Shown here: piece by piece, positions 28,537-39,375 of the stretch
How the letters are laid out: every line of letters starts with the position of its first letter
Numbering within the stretch: the stretch's first letter is position 1
Assembly: GCA_963817915.1 (NCBI GenBank)
Contig: CAWFQL010000010.1
Span: 29,889 to 93,888, forward strand
Length of the DNA: 64,000 nt
From: an uncultured candidate division Zixibacteria bacterium
Lineage (GTDB): Bacteria > Zixibacteria > MSB-5A5 > UBA10806
Direction of reading: 5' to 3'
Program-made: the position numbers and the translations under genes
Notes under the pieces: generated by a model
Seen by the model: only the letters and a program-made list of their open reading frames with translations
Database searches by the model: none
What the model was told of the DNA's origin: nothing

Positions 28537-30529
28537 TTCTTATCAACCACCTTCCGCAAACGGGCAATCTCATCTCTCATTTCAGCCGCCTTTTCGAATT
28601 GCATATTTTTTGCCGCACCTTTCATCATTCTCTCCAGGGCTATGATTCGCTCCACATATTCCAAACGGGCAACAGCGTCGATCTCCTCCGACGCATTTTT
28701 CTCCGGCGCCACAGTTTTGGCGTCGGCGAATGCCGTAGTTTTCATGATTTCCTCGCGAGTCTTGAAAATAGTCTCCGGTTCGATGCCATGGTCAATATTG
28801 TATTGCATCTGAATTTTGCGCCGTCTATCGGTCTCGTAAATTGCTTTTCTCATAGACTCGGTGATTTCGTCGGCATACATGATAACTTCTCCGGCCTTAT
28901 TCCTCGCGGCTCTACCGGAAGTTTGTATTAGTGATCTCTCAGAGCGAAGGAAGCCTTCCTTGTCAGCATCGAGAATGGCGACTAAAGATACTTCGGGCAA
29001 ATCAAGCCCTTCTCTCAATAGATTAATGCCAACCAAAACATCAAATTCGGCCAGTCTAAGGTCTCGCAATATTTCGACTCTATCGATAGCGTCGATCTCG
29101 GAATGAAGATATCTGACTTTGATATCCAGATTATGAAGGTACTCGGTCAAATCCTCGGCCATACGCTTGGTCAATGTGGTTACCAAAACCCGTTCCTTTT
29201 TCGCGACTCGCATCTTAATCTGGGCAATCAAGTCGTCTATCTGAGTCTTAACCGGCTTTACGGTGATCAGAGGATCGATTAATCCGGTTGGGCGAATTAT
29301 CTGCTCGACCACGACGCCGCCCGATTTTTCGAGCTCATAATTCGATGGCGTTGCGGATACAAAAACCGCCTGATGAATTCGGCTTTCGAATTCCTCGAAA
29401 TATAGCGGTCTGTTATCCAGCGCGGACGGAAGCCTGAAACCGAATTCGACAAGGGTTTCTTTACGCGATCTATCGCCTTTAAACATGCCGCGGATCTGGG
29501 GGATTGTCTGATGAGATTCATCGATTATTAATAAGATAATCTTTCGGGAAAAAATCGAATAGTGTATATGGCGGCTCACCGGCTTTCCGTCCGGCAAGAT
29601 GACGGGAATAATTTTCTACCCCGGTGCAGTATCCGATTTCCTGCATCATCTCGATATCGTAATGAGTTCTCGATTCCAGTCTTTGGGCTTCGAGCAATTT
29701 GCCATTGTTTTTAAAGAATATCAGGCGATCGTTTAATTCCTTTTCGATATCGCCAGCGGCACGGGTGAGATTTTCCTCGCCGGTTACAAAATGCCGAGCC
29801 GGATATATCGAATGCTTTTTCTTCTCTTCAAGCAAACGTCCATCAACAAGATCGACCAGTGATATTTTTTCAATCTGCTCGCCGAAGAATTCTATTCGAA
29901 TAGCATATTCTTCATAGGCCGGATGGACTTCTACTACGTCTCCCCTGACCCGAAATTGCCCGCGTCCGAATTCGATATCATTTCGTGAGTAATGGATATC
30001 AATTAGCTGCTTTAGAAGTTTGTCCCGTTCGACTTCTTGACCGACCTCCAACATTATCAGCATATTTTTGTAATCGATCGGAGAGCCAAGTCCGTAAATG
30101 CAAGATACCGATGATACGATCACGACATCTTCCCGTTCGAGAAGAGATGATGTCGCCCGCAATCTAAGGCGATCAATATCGTCATTGATCGATGTGTCCT
30201 TTTCAATGTAGGTGTCGCTCGACGGCACATAGGCTTCCGGCTGATAATAATCGTAATAGCTGATAAAAAACTCGACCGCGTTTTCCGGGAAAAATCCCTT
30301 TAATTCGCCGTAAAGCTGGGCGGCCAGTGTCTTATTATGCGACATTACCAAGGTCGGCCTGCCGTAATTGGCGATGACATTGGCCATGGTGAATGTCTTG
30401 CCCGAACCTGTAACTCCAAGCAGTGTCTGGAATTTGTCGCCTCGTCTTGAGGGCTTCAGTCAGCTCGTTTATCGCCTGCGGCTGGTCGCCCTGCGGCGAA
30501 TAACTGGATTGTAATTTGAATTCTGCCAT
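28533..30529 (-). CDS. uvrB: excinuclease ABC subunit B, interrupted by two single-base frameshifts
   Basis: Three consecutive ORFs cover UvrB end to end: [20 protein letters not shown].. / ..[55 protein letters not shown].. / ..[42 protein letters not shown]...[14 protein letters not shown]... Frameshifts sit near 30433-30443 (restores [27 protein letters not shown]) and near 29535-29545 (restores [14 protein letters not shown]). Confidence 0.85.
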
Positions 30530-30593
30530 AAGTTATAAATATATACAATTGAAACGGCAAAACCATTCTTAAATTATGAAAATATTTTCCCCG

Positions 30594-30867
30594 TGTCGTC
30601 GGGTCGCCGTACCCGACGACAACCCAATTATAATTAATTTGATTCATTGCGTGTCAAAGCTTGCTTTGACCGCAGGATGTAGGGTCGCGGGGCAGGAGTG
30701 GAACACTCCTGCCAATAGAGCCCGGTCGGCAGGAGTCTTCGACTCCTTCCCGACTTTTCTTGCGAGTCAGTAGCAATAGGTTGCGTTTTGATCCGGCTTC
30801 TGCCGGAGAAAACCCGACAATGCGAATCTTTTGTCGGGTTCTTTGAACCCGACCTACTCAGGCTATA
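30594..30867. repeat. intergenic hairpin-module cluster downstream of BNR/T9SS copy 1
   Basis: Hairpins GTCGTCGGGTcgccgtACCCGACGAC (30594-30619), GCGTGTCAAAGCttGCTTTGAC (30649-30670), GGCAGGAGTggaacACTCCTGCC (30691-30713), GGCAGGAGTcttcgACTCCTTCC (30728-30750). CTTGCGAGTCAG module shared with 7434. 35-bp element GTCGGGTTctttgaACCCGACCTACTCAGGCTATA at 30833-30867. Confidence 0.7.
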
Positions 30868-30884
30868 AAAATATCTAATTTCGA

Positions 30885-32370
30885 TTATCTTAAATATATC
30901 AGCTTTAGGGTCTTGTCAATTTGTCCGGCTCTTGCTCTGGCGAAATAGATACCTGAAGAGATTTTATTTCCCATAGCATCCTGGGCGTCCCATTTTATTT
31001 GTCCCTCCAAATTTTGTTCGGTCCCCAATTTCCTGATTAATTGCCCATTGATATTGTATATTTCTATCTCACCTCCTTCCATTCCTGAATAAGTTATTAT
31101 AGTTGTCGAATTGAAAGGATTTGGATATGCAGATAAACCTGCAACAATTGGCATATATTCCTTACCCTTAATCCCAGAAGGCTCAGGGTCGTAGCGCTTA
31201 TAATATATCTCATCGTAAGAAACTCTCTTGCCACCAAACCACATGAAGTTTACTATTATTTTGGGAAATCCAAGGCGTGTAAGATGAACCAGAAACATCG
31301 CTAATTCGTTCATAAGGAGACCAACTCTGACCCAAATTCGTGCTGGCGGAATAACATATGTCGGTCCCAAACGATGGATCCAAATCAGACCAGACAGCGT
31401 AAATGGAATCACCCTTAATGGCAAGCGAGGGATTTGAAGCCTGATGATGAGTCGTGGCATATTGGATCTCACCCCAGTTCCGCCCACCATCAGTTGTGAC
31501 GCGAACAAAAATATCTCCCGGGTAGCCATGGGAAAGAGCGAAGTCCATCCAGCCTACCGCCAGGTATCCCGTCTCCTCATCGCAGGCCACGCAGGAATGT
31601 TGTGCTACGTAAGGATCAGGAGAAGAGATAAAGAAATGGTCAGACCAATTCCGACCGCCATCGAAACTAACCATACCGTTAACCTCCCAACCCAAGTGCT
31701 CGGGAGGAGCGTTGCCCGACCAGATAATATAGAGACTGCCGCCGCAATTGACTATTTGGAGGGGATTGGTATAAGCATACAAATATCTCAGCGTAATTTC
31801 CCCACTCCAGCTCTGTCCTAAATCAGTGGAACGAAGGAATTTTAACGGTCTATACCCTGTAGAATCGCTGTGATTTGAACCATAAATGGCATAGACGGTG
31901 TCGCCTATTATTACAAGAGAGAAGTCTTCAAAATTACCTCCTCGGACAGCGTCAAATACATATCCCGCCAACGACCACCCCCCTCCTCCAATGGACGTAG
32001 AAAAGCCGATGTTTCTTGGACTGTTTTCAGGATTAGTATCGATGTCATACCATGAGACAAGAAGCCTATCTCTGCTAAGGCAAAGACCAGGGGAGTCGCA
32101 CTTGTGTCCTGAATCTTGCAGGCTTATCGCTTGATCCCACTGGTTTCCCGCATCGAGACCACGCATATAGAAAATGGAATCCGTTGGAGCGATCTGCGCC
32201 GAAGTCACATGAACGGTGTCGCCTCTAGCTATTATTTCGGGCTGGAAGTTATTGGACCCAAATTCCAGCTTTATATCTTCAGACCAGCCGGCATAGGCGG
32301 CACCGGCGGTCAGGGCTATTATCAGGACTATTAAAATCAGTAATCGGGGCATACTAAGCCTCTTCATCAT
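30885..32370 (-). CDS. BNR/Asp-box repeat protein with T9SS C-terminal domain (tandem copy 1; frameshift near 31210-31530)
   Basis: ORF 31210..32520 (signal peptide MMKRLSMPRLLILIVLIIALTAGAAYA from the ATG at 32370; Asp-boxes STDLGQSWSG, FDGGRNWSDH, TTDGGRNWGEI, STNLGQSWSP) and overlapping ORF 30885..31529 carrying the T9SS CTD (AYPNPFNSTTIITY...KLIYLR) in another frame. One indel splits the gene. Confidence 0.7.
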
Positions 32371-32459
32371 ATTTTGAAATATCCGCATATATAATAACAT
32401 ATTCTTCATAATATTCAAATACTTTACTTTAAATACAGCAGTTTGATAACTTGAGAATT

Positions 32460-33905
32460 GTGGGACGCTCTTGCTCTGGCGAAATAGATTCCCGCTAGAG
32501 ATTTTATTTGCCGGAGGCATCCCGGGCGTCCCATTTTATTTGTCCCTCCTCAATTTGTTCGGTCCCCAATGATTTGATTAATTGCCCATTGATGTTGTAT
32601 ATCTCGATCTCACCTCCTTTCATGTTGGAATAGGTTATTACAGTCGTGGAATTAAAGGGGTTAGGATAAGCGGATAAACCTACCTCACTTGGAATCTGTC
32701 TTGATCATTGCAATACCTGCAGGATCAGGATCGTAACGCTTGTAGTAAACTTCATCCCAGTAATGCGGTGGCCGTATGATTCCCACCACGCCACATGAAG
32801 CTTTCCCATATCGTATGAAATCCAGGGAGTATAGGAATACCCCTCGGCATTTGTAAGTCTGTAATAAGGGCTCCAGCTTTGCCCCAGATCCGCACTGTTT
32901 GTAAAACAAATCTCGTAATTGGAATTGCCATAGGCCGCGTCTCTATCGCACCAAACGGCATAAATGGAATCTCCCTTAACGGCAATAGAGGGATTAGAGG
33001 CCTTATGGTGGGTAGTGGCGTGTCGAATCTCACCCCAACTTCGCCCGCCATCAGTTGTGATTCGAACGAATACATCTCCCGGAAAACCATGTGAGAGGGT
33101 GAAGTCCATCCAGCCCACAGCTAGATATCCAGTCTCCTCGTCGCAGGCAACACAGGAGTGCTGAGCCACGTAGGGGTCAGGAGAAGAGATAAAGAAATGA
33201 TCCGACCAATTCCGACCACCATCAAAGCTCACAGTGCCGTTAACCTCCCACCCCAAGCTTTCGGGTGGCGCATTGCCCGACCAGATAATATAGAGACTAC
33301 CGCCGCAATTTACAATCTGGAGAGGATTGGTATAAGCATATAGATATCTCAACGTAATCTCGTCACTCCAGCTCTGTCCCAAATCAGTGGAACGGAGGAA
33401 TTTTAACGGCCTGTACCCAGTGGAATCGCTGTGATTGGAACCATAGATGGCATAAAGAGTGTCACCGATTATCTCCAGCGAAAAATCGTCAAAATTGCCT
33501 CCAAAGAAAGTGTCAAAGACATACCTTGGTCTTGACCATACCCCCCCCCTAACGAAGTGGAGAACCCAATATTGCGCACCCAGTTGACAGTATTGGTATC
33601 GATGTCACGCCAATAGACCAAGGAACCTATCTCCCCAGAGGCGCAGACTGTGTAGGTTACATTTATGTCCTGAATCCTGCAAGCCAATTGCTTCTCCCCA
33701 AGCCCGCCCCCCATCTGTACTGCGCATATAATAAATGGAATCGGTCGGGGAAATCTGCTCGTAGGTCACATGGACAGTGTCGCCTCTTGCTATTATCTCG
33801 GGCTTCGCTGCCATCAAGACCGAAAGGTCAACCTTATGTCTTCGGACCAGCCGGCATTGGCTGCATCGCGGCAGTAAGGACTACGAATAAGATTATTAAA
33901 ATTTA
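32460..33905 (-). pseudogene. degraded tandem paralogue of the BNR/T9SS gene (copy 2)
   Basis: ORF fragments 32705..33382, 33469..33714, 33605..33817 and remnants of the CTD-coding region at 32470-32700 are all homologous to copy 1 (e.g. TTDGGRSWGEI, FDGGRNWSDH, PEIIARGDTVHVT). Multiple frame disruptions including a C9 run at 33541-33549; N-terminal signal region lost. Confidence 0.7.
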
Positions 33906-34030
33906 GGATTTGGGCAAACGATGCCTCTCTGGTTTTGGTCGAAACTACTTGTTTAGTATAACAGATTTTTGGGGAAAAGGTATCGTTTATTTTTGTGTAA
34001 GGTGTGGCATGCTTCCACCGACATTCTTAT

Positions 34031-34065
34031 GTCGGGTTTTTTGAACCCGACCTACCCAGGCTATA
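34031..34065. repeat. 35-bp element GTCGGGTTttttgaACCCGACCTACCCAGGCTATA (direct repeat of 30833-30867)
   Basis: 32/35 identical (91%) to the copy at 30833-30867, in the same orientation; together they bracket the BNR/T9SS tandem array. Confidence 0.75.
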
Positions 34066-34072
34066 TATATTG

Positions 34073-35353
34073 TTAATTTAGATTGGAGAGGACTTCGCCT
34101 ACGGTATAATGAGAGCCGGTTACAAGGATAACTTCATCGGGTCTGCATAATTCCTTTGCCGATCTGTAAGCCTCGCGAACCATCGGAATAACCTGAAAAT
34201 TATTATTGATCTTCGCTATGTCCTCGGCCAGGATCGATGGATCCATCGCGCGGTCGGTCATCGGCCGGGTCAGGATAATAACTTCCGCGAATTTATCGAG
34301 CTCTTTCAACATGGCGTGATAGTCCTTATCCGATAATATCCCGAAAACCGCGATAATCCTGACACCATCGTAAAATTCCTTGAAATATTCTCTGATTCTA
34401 TCAACCGCCGCCGGATTGTGAGCCACATCGAGGATTATATCAGGAGAGGTACTGATTTTTTGCAGACGGCCGTCCCATTTGACATTGCGGAATCCAGCCG
34501 AGACTGCCGATGGCGGGACCTTGAATTTCAGGCTCTCTTCTATCATTTCTGTCGCGATTAGAGCACAAATGGCATTTTCGAGTTGATGCCTTCCCGGCAA
34601 AGCCAAACGCAGATTGTAATATTTATTTGAACGAGTGAATATATCCATCTCGGTGCTGTCCCGATCGATACTTTTTATCACCCATTGGGTTTCATCGAAT
34701 ACAGATATCAGTTTGCATTTATTTTGCTCGCAGGTTTGCCTGATCACTCTTTTGGCGTCGATATTGGTGGACGCTGTAACCACGGGAACACCTGGTTTTA
34801 TGATTCCCGATTTTTCGAACGCTATTTCGCGGATTTTCGAGCCGAGCCATTTGGTATGCTCGGTAGCAATATTGGTTATTACGCAAACTTCGGGCTGAAT
34901 AACGTTGGTGGCATCGAGCCTGCCTCCCATGCCTGTTTCTATCAACGCGATATCGACATTTTCATCCCTGAAAAATGATAATGCCATCGCCGTTACGGCC
35001 TCGAAATAAGTGATTGGAAGAGTCTCGATTTTCTTGATATTGTTATTAATAAAATCGGTTACATATTTTTTATCAATCAATCGGCCATTAATCTTGATTC
35101 TCTCTCTGAAATCCACAAGATGGGGCGACGTGTAACTGCCAACTCGATACCCGGCGGCGGCCAGCATCGCCTCCATGACAGCGAGTGTGGAGCCCTTGCC
35201 GTTGGTGCCTGCTATATGCGCAGTCGGGAATGCCTGATGCGGATTGCCCAGGTGAGATAGGAATTTGGTGATATTCGATAAGCCAAGCTTAATACCGAAT
35301 TTCTCCATCTGGAGGATATATTCGAGTACCTGGTTATAATCCATGATTGGCAA
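34073..35353 (-). CDS. folC: bifunctional folylpolyglutamate synthase / dihydrofolate synthase
   Basis: 426 aa; Mur-ligase P-loop HIAGTNGKGST; FolC family architecture. Confidence 0.85.
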   Translation of the reverse strand: MPIMDYNQVLEYILQMEKFGIKLGLSNITKFLSHLGNPHQAFPTAHIAGTNGKGSTLAVMEAMLAAAGYRVGSYTSPHLVDFRERIKINGRLIDKKYVTDFINNNIKKIETLPITYFEAVTAMALSFFRDENVDIALIETGMGGRLDATNVIQPEVCVITNIATEHTKWLGSKIREIAFEKSGIIKPGVPVVTASTNIDAKRVIRQTCEQNKCKLISVFDETQWVIKSIDRDSTEMDIFTRSNKYYNLRLALPGRHQLENAICALIATEMIEESLKFKVPPSAVSAGFRNVKWDGRLQKISTSPDIILDVAHNPAAVDRIREYFKEFYDGVRIIAVFGILSDKDYHAMLKELDKFAEVIILTRPMTDRAMDPSILAEDIAKINNNFQVIPMVREAYRSAKELCRPDEVILVTGSHYTVGEVLSNLN

Positions 35354-35359
35354 AATAAT

Positions 35360-36214
35360 CTACTTGGAGACCTTCGGCAGCATGTAAGCCAAAAGCTGGG
35401 AGACAGTCTTCTTCAACTGCGGTCTGTGAACTATAGCATCGAGAAAACCATGTTCCATGAAAAATTCCGATGATTGAAATCCGGGTGGTAATTCGCCGCC
35501 AATTGTCTGCGCAATAACGCGGGGCCCGGCGAATCCCAATAATGCCTTGGGCTCGGCAATAATGACATCGCCCAATGACGCGTAAGATGCCATTACACCA
35601 GCAGTGGTGGGATTAGTGAGGATCGAAATGAATGGTATCTTCTTTTTGGCCAGCACGGCCAGCAACGCTGATGTCTTGGCCATTTGCATAAGAGACAGGA
35701 TGCCTTCCATCATTCTGGCGCCGCCGGAACAAGAGACGATCACTAATGGAATTTCTTTATTGATAGATCGTTCTATCGATCGCGCTATTTTTTCGCCAAC
35801 CACGCTACCCATGGAGCCGCCGATAAAATCGAAATCCATGACGCTGAACGATGTATCGATACCATCGATCTTGCCTAAACCGCTGATTACGGCGTCATTG
35901 CGGCCGGTCTTCTTTCGGGCGGCGGCGATTCGTTCGGGATATTTTTTTAAGTCTTTGAAGCCCAGAGGATCATCGGAGACCAATCCTGAGTCAAATTCCT
36001 CGAAGGTATTTTCATCGATTAGCAAATTCAAATAGGATACCGCCGGTATCCTGAAATGATAATCGCATTTAGTGCAGACCCAGTATTTTTTTTCTAGAGA
36101 TAAAACCGTGAGGATTTCGTTGCAGGAAGGGCATTTTGTCCAAACACCATCAGGGATTTCCCTCTTCTCTCCGCCTAAGATACCTTTTTGGGCACGGTTG
36201 AACCAGTCGACCAT
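35360..36214 (-). CDS. accD: acetyl-CoA carboxylase carboxyltransferase beta subunit
   Basis: 284 aa; N-terminal zinc ribbon CPSCNEILTVLSLEKKYWVCTKCDYHFRI and a carboxyltransferase domain. Confidence 0.9.
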   Translation of the reverse strand: MVDWFNRAQKGILGGEKREIPDGVWTKCPSCNEILTVLSLEKKYWVCTKCDYHFRIPAVSYLNLLIDENTFEEFDSGLVSDDPLGFKDLKKYPERIAAARKKTGRNDAVISGLGKIDGIDTSFSVMDFDFIGGSMGSVVGEKIARSIERSINKEIPLVIVSCSGGARMMEGILSLMQMAKTSALLAVLAKKKIPFISILTNPTTAGVMASYASLGDVIIAEPKALLGFAGPRVIAQTIGGELPPGFQSSEFFMEHGFLDAIVHRPQLKKTVSQLLAYMLPKVSK

Positions 36215-36657
36215 AATAACTCCTTGGCCATTACTATAGCACTTTCCATCGGACTTCGGTAGTAGTTTTTTCGCCTTCCTACCGGTCGAAATCCATAGGC
36301 CTTGTAAAGATTTACCGCGGGGGTGTTCGATTCGCGGACTTCCAGATAGATGGCTTCGCTGCTGCGGTCATTGGCTAACTTAATTATTTCGGACATCATC
36401 ATTTTCCCTAATCCATGCCCCTGATATTCCTTGGCGACGGCGAAATTCCCTATTTGCATCTCACCGCTTACGATATAAAGGCAGGAATAGCCTGCAATTT
36501 CCTTATCAGAGACAACGACTAATGGGTAGGCCATATTATTATTCAGATCTGATTTGAAGGATTCGAGCGACCAGGGATCGGTAAAGCATTCCTTTTCGAT
36601 ATCGTGAATCCTATCGAGATCGTTCTCGGTCATTCTGCGGATGGTGAATTTATTCAT
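36175..36657 (-). CDS. rimI: ribosomal-protein-alanine N-acetyltransferase (GNAT)
   Basis: 160 aa GNAT (NFAVAKEYQGHGLGKMMM); canonical tsaE-tsaB-rimI context. Confidence 0.8.
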   Translation of the reverse strand: MNKFTIRRMTENDLDRIHDIEKECFTDPWSLESFKSDLNNNMAYPLVVVSDKEIAGYSCLYIVSGEMQIGNFAVAKEYQGHGLGKMMMSEIIKLANDRSSEAIYLEVRESNTPAVNLYKAYGFRPVGRRKNYYRSPMESAIVMAKELLWSTGSTVPKKVS

Positions 36658-36660
36658 AGA

Positions 36661-37344
36661 CTATGCAATCCTTTCAGCTTGTGGAATTCGAACGTAGTTT
36701 GGAGTTGCAGAGGCTAAATCTAATTTCATGCCCTGTAAAATCATTTTATGACCTAAAATGGCGACCGAACCGCCAATCATCTCTCTATCATACTTATTAT
36801 TTTCCAGCGGGAATCTCTTCGAATCGAGAACGTTAAGCTCCTCATACCCTGGCCCGATAGGCGTAAAACCGCTGTCAATCAATCTCATCACGCTATTTAT
36901 ACTGCCAACTGAATCTTCCATATTCCGGTTAATCTCTTCCCCATTTTTTGAAAATGAGGCGTAATATAGCTCATTGCGCTTGGCATTTTTGATAGCGACC
37001 AGCTTGCCGTCAAGTAGAGAACTCCGGGCTATAGCCATCAGCGATGAAACTCCGGCCAAAGGCAAGTTCAAAGCCCAGCATATCCCCTTGGCCGCCGCCA
37101 GGCCGACTCTCAGGCCTGTAAATGACCCGGGACCGACCGCCACCGCCACTCCATCAATTGCCGAAATATTCAGGTTCGCCTCTTTCATTAAACTTTCAAA
37201 AAACTGGTGCAGTATCACCTTAGATTTTTTATCGGCCAAAGAGGATTTCGAAATAATTTTGGCTTTTTCGCCATCGCTATTTAGGATTCCGATTGAAACA
37301 AATTCATCGGAACTATCTATTCCCAGTGTTACCATTCGCAACAA
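36661..37344 (-). CDS. tsaB: tRNA threonylcarbamoyladenosine biosynthesis protein TsaB
   Basis: 227 aa; MVTLGIDSSDEFVSIGIL... matches the YeaZ/TsaB family. Confidence 0.85.
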   Translation of the reverse strand: MLRMVTLGIDSSDEFVSIGILNSDGEKAKIISKSSLADKKSKVILHQFFESLMKEANLNISAIDGVAVAVGPGSFTGLRVGLAAAKGICWALNLPLAGVSSLMAIARSSLLDGKLVAIKNAKRNELYYASFSKNGEEINRNMEDSVGSINSVMRLIDSGFTPIGPGYEELNVLDSKRFPLENNKYDREMIGGSVAILGHKMILQGMKLDLASATPNYVRIPQAERIA

Positions 37345-37765
37345 TCTCTATTCTTCGATTTTCATCCCCCTGAATAGCAAAGTAAATATCATATCTATCC
37401 AACGGCAACATGTTTTTGGCTTTTTCAGCCCATTCTACGACTACTATTGCGCTGGAATCGAGATAATCGGTCCATCCAAGGTCCAAAATCTCGGCATAAT
37501 TATTCATGCGGTATAAATCAATATGAATTAGAGTAATATCTCCATGATATTCATTTATAATATTGAAAGTTGGGCTCTTAGCTGGTTGAACACAATTAAG
37601 CCCATTGGCAAGCCCCCTTACAAAACATGTCTTGCCGCTGCCAAGCTCACCATGCAATGCTAATAAATCGCCGCCGGATAATGTTTTGGCAAAATCGGTG
37701 GCGATCTTTTCGGTTTGCAGGGCACTATCGGAAATATATATGGCCGGCGATTTCATTGTTTCCAT
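37313..37765 (-). CDS. tsaE: tRNA threonylcarbamoyladenosine biosynthesis ATPase TsaE
   Basis: 150 aa; P-loop GELGSGKTCFVRGLANGL matches the YjeE/TsaE family. Confidence 0.85.
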   Translation of the reverse strand: METMKSPAIYISDSALQTEKIATDFAKTLSGGDLLALHGELGSGKTCFVRGLANGLNCVQPAKSPTFNIINEYHGDITLIHIDLYRMNNYAEILDLGWTDYLDSSAIVVVEWAEKAKNMLPLDRYDIYFAIQGDENRRIEIVANGNTGNR

Positions 37766-37813
37766 AATACTAAATATGATAATGTCTTACCAATATTATT
37801 TTAGTGAGATTGA

Positions 37814-39373
37814 TTACCTTGGTCTTAATGTAATCACGGGCAGGATCATCTCATCGAGGCTTATGCCGCCGTGCTGGAAGCTATTTTGATATTGCCGTTT
37901 ATACTCCGAAAATTTGGTGGGATAGACAAAATAGTAATCTTCCATCGCGATAATATAGGTGGTCGCCACTCCCCAAACAGGTAAATTATATTCTCTGGGA
38001 TCTTTTATCAGCCATGATTGCTTGGGATCGCAATTGAGATTATCACCGTATTTATATCGCAGGTTCGTGGATGTATCCTTCTTGCCGTAGGCCAATGTTC
38101 CTTTAGTGCCGATTACCGAGCCGTGATCTGTCGTAATCACGATCGCGCAATCCCACTCAGCCAGTTTCTTTAATAGATCAAACATATGGGAATATTCGAA
38201 CCATGATTTCATCAGAGATCTGAAGGCGGCTTCATTGGGAGCGACCTCCTGCAGAATTTCGGACTCTGATCTGCCATGCACGAGGATATCGACAAAATTA
38301 TATACAACCGATAGCAATGGCACATTGGAGTAAGAATTAATTTTCTTCGCGAGATTCTGCCCTTCTTCGAAATCAAGAACCTTGACATATTTCGGCTCAT
38401 TTTTGAATGTCATACCTAACTTCATCAGTTGTCTATCCAATAATTGTCGTTCGTAACGATTGCGGCTGGACTCATTTGAACTTTTATCCCATAAATCGGG
38501 ATTTAATTCCGCCACCTTATCGGGCATCTCCCCGGAAAATATTGCATTGCGGGCGAATGGAGTTGCGGTCGGAAGAATCGAATAATAGTAATCTTTTTTA
38601 ATCGAAAAGTACTGCGCCAAAACCGGTTCAATCATCAGCCATTGATCGAGTCGCATGCAGTCTACGACGATAAAGAATACCTGCTTCCCTTCCTTCAGGA
38701 GCGGCAAAACATTATTGCGCACAACATCGTGGGACATAGGGGGCCCGCTTTTCGATTTAATCCAGCTTTTGTAATTCTTGACAACGAATCTTCCAAACTC
38801 CGCGCTTCCCTGCTTTTTCATATCCTGATGAGATTGTTTAAGGCCGACATCGCGGAATCGTTCGAGTTCGAGGTCAATTTCGGATAGCTTGGTATGGATT
38901 TCAATCCATTCCTTCCAATCGATCGGCCCGGACATGAGCGCGTTGATTCGCGAAAATTGAGCCACGAATTCCTGGGTAAGAGACGATTCGGTCAGGCGCT
39001 GGCGATCGAGTATTTTTTTAATAGCTGATAAAATCTGGCTGAGATTGACAGGCTTTGTCAGGTAATCATCGATTTTCTTGCCAATTGCCTGATCCATTAA
39101 ATGCTCTTCCTCGGATTTGGTTACCATAATAACCGGCAGGTTCGGGTCGGTATCTTTAATCGCCATGAGCGTGGAAAGACCATCGCGCCCCGGCATCATC
39201 TCATCAAGGAGCACGAGATCGAGACCGCCCTTCGAGACAATTTCGATGGCGTCGTCGCCGTTGTTGGCCTGCATCACATTATAGCCGCGTTCTTTTAGAA
39301 AAATAATATGTGCTGAAAGAAGATCGATTTCATCATCGACCCATAGAATATTCTTTACTTCATCTTTTTGCAT
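37814..39373 (-). CDS. porX: PorX-like response regulator (CheY-like receiver + PglZ/alkaline-phosphatase-like domain)
   Basis: 519 aa; N-terminal receiver (ILWVDDEIDLL...LDLVLLDEMMPGRDG); C-terminal PglZ hallmarks (VVDCMRLD, LPTATPFARNAIFSG, ITTDHG). Size and architecture match the T9SS regulator PorX; adjacent to a PorY-like kinase. Confidence 0.7.
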   Translation of the reverse strand: MQKDEVKNILWVDDEIDLLSAHIIFLKERGYNVMQANNGDDAIEIVSKGGLDLVLLDEMMPGRDGLSTLMAIKDTDPNLPVIMVTKSEEEHLMDQAIGKKIDDYLTKPVNLSQILSAIKKILDRQRLTESSLTQEFVAQFSRINALMSGPIDWKEWIEIHTKLSEIDLELERFRDVGLKQSHQDMKKQGSAEFGRFVVKNYKSWIKSKSGPPMSHDVVRNNVLPLLKEGKQVFFIVVDCMRLDQWLMIEPVLAQYFSIKKDYYYSILPTATPFARNAIFSGEMPDKVAELNPDLWDKSSNESSRNRYERQLLDRQLMKLGMTFKNEPKYVKVLDFEEGQNLAKKINSYSNVPLLSVVYNFVDILVHGRSESEILQEVAPNEAAFRSLMKSWFEYSHMFDLLKKLAEWDCAIVITTDHGSVIGTKGTLAYGKKDTSTNLRYKYGDNLNCDPKQSWLIKDPREYNLPVWGVATTYIIAMEDYYFVYPTKFSEYKRQYQNSFQHGGISLDEMILPVITLRPR

Positions 39374-39375
39374 AA

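Noticed and set aside
33541-33549. C9 homopolymer as a phase-variation switch in a BNR/T9SS gene
   Set aside because: It lies inside the already multiply disrupted copy 2 pseudogene. The intact copy has only C6 interrupted by T, so a simple slippage or assembly artefact is more likely.
30885-33905. Two functional paralogous T9SS cargo genes
   Set aside because: Only copy 1 is near-intact (one frameshift). Copy 2 is fragmented into at least four ORF pieces, lacks the signal peptide and has a disrupted CTD, so it is called a pseudogene.
37814-39373. PglZ domain as part of a BREX phage-defense system
   Set aside because: PglZ is fused to an N-terminal receiver domain and sits next to a histidine kinase, which is the PorX/PorY architecture. 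No brxA/B/C/L or pglX-like genes are nearby.
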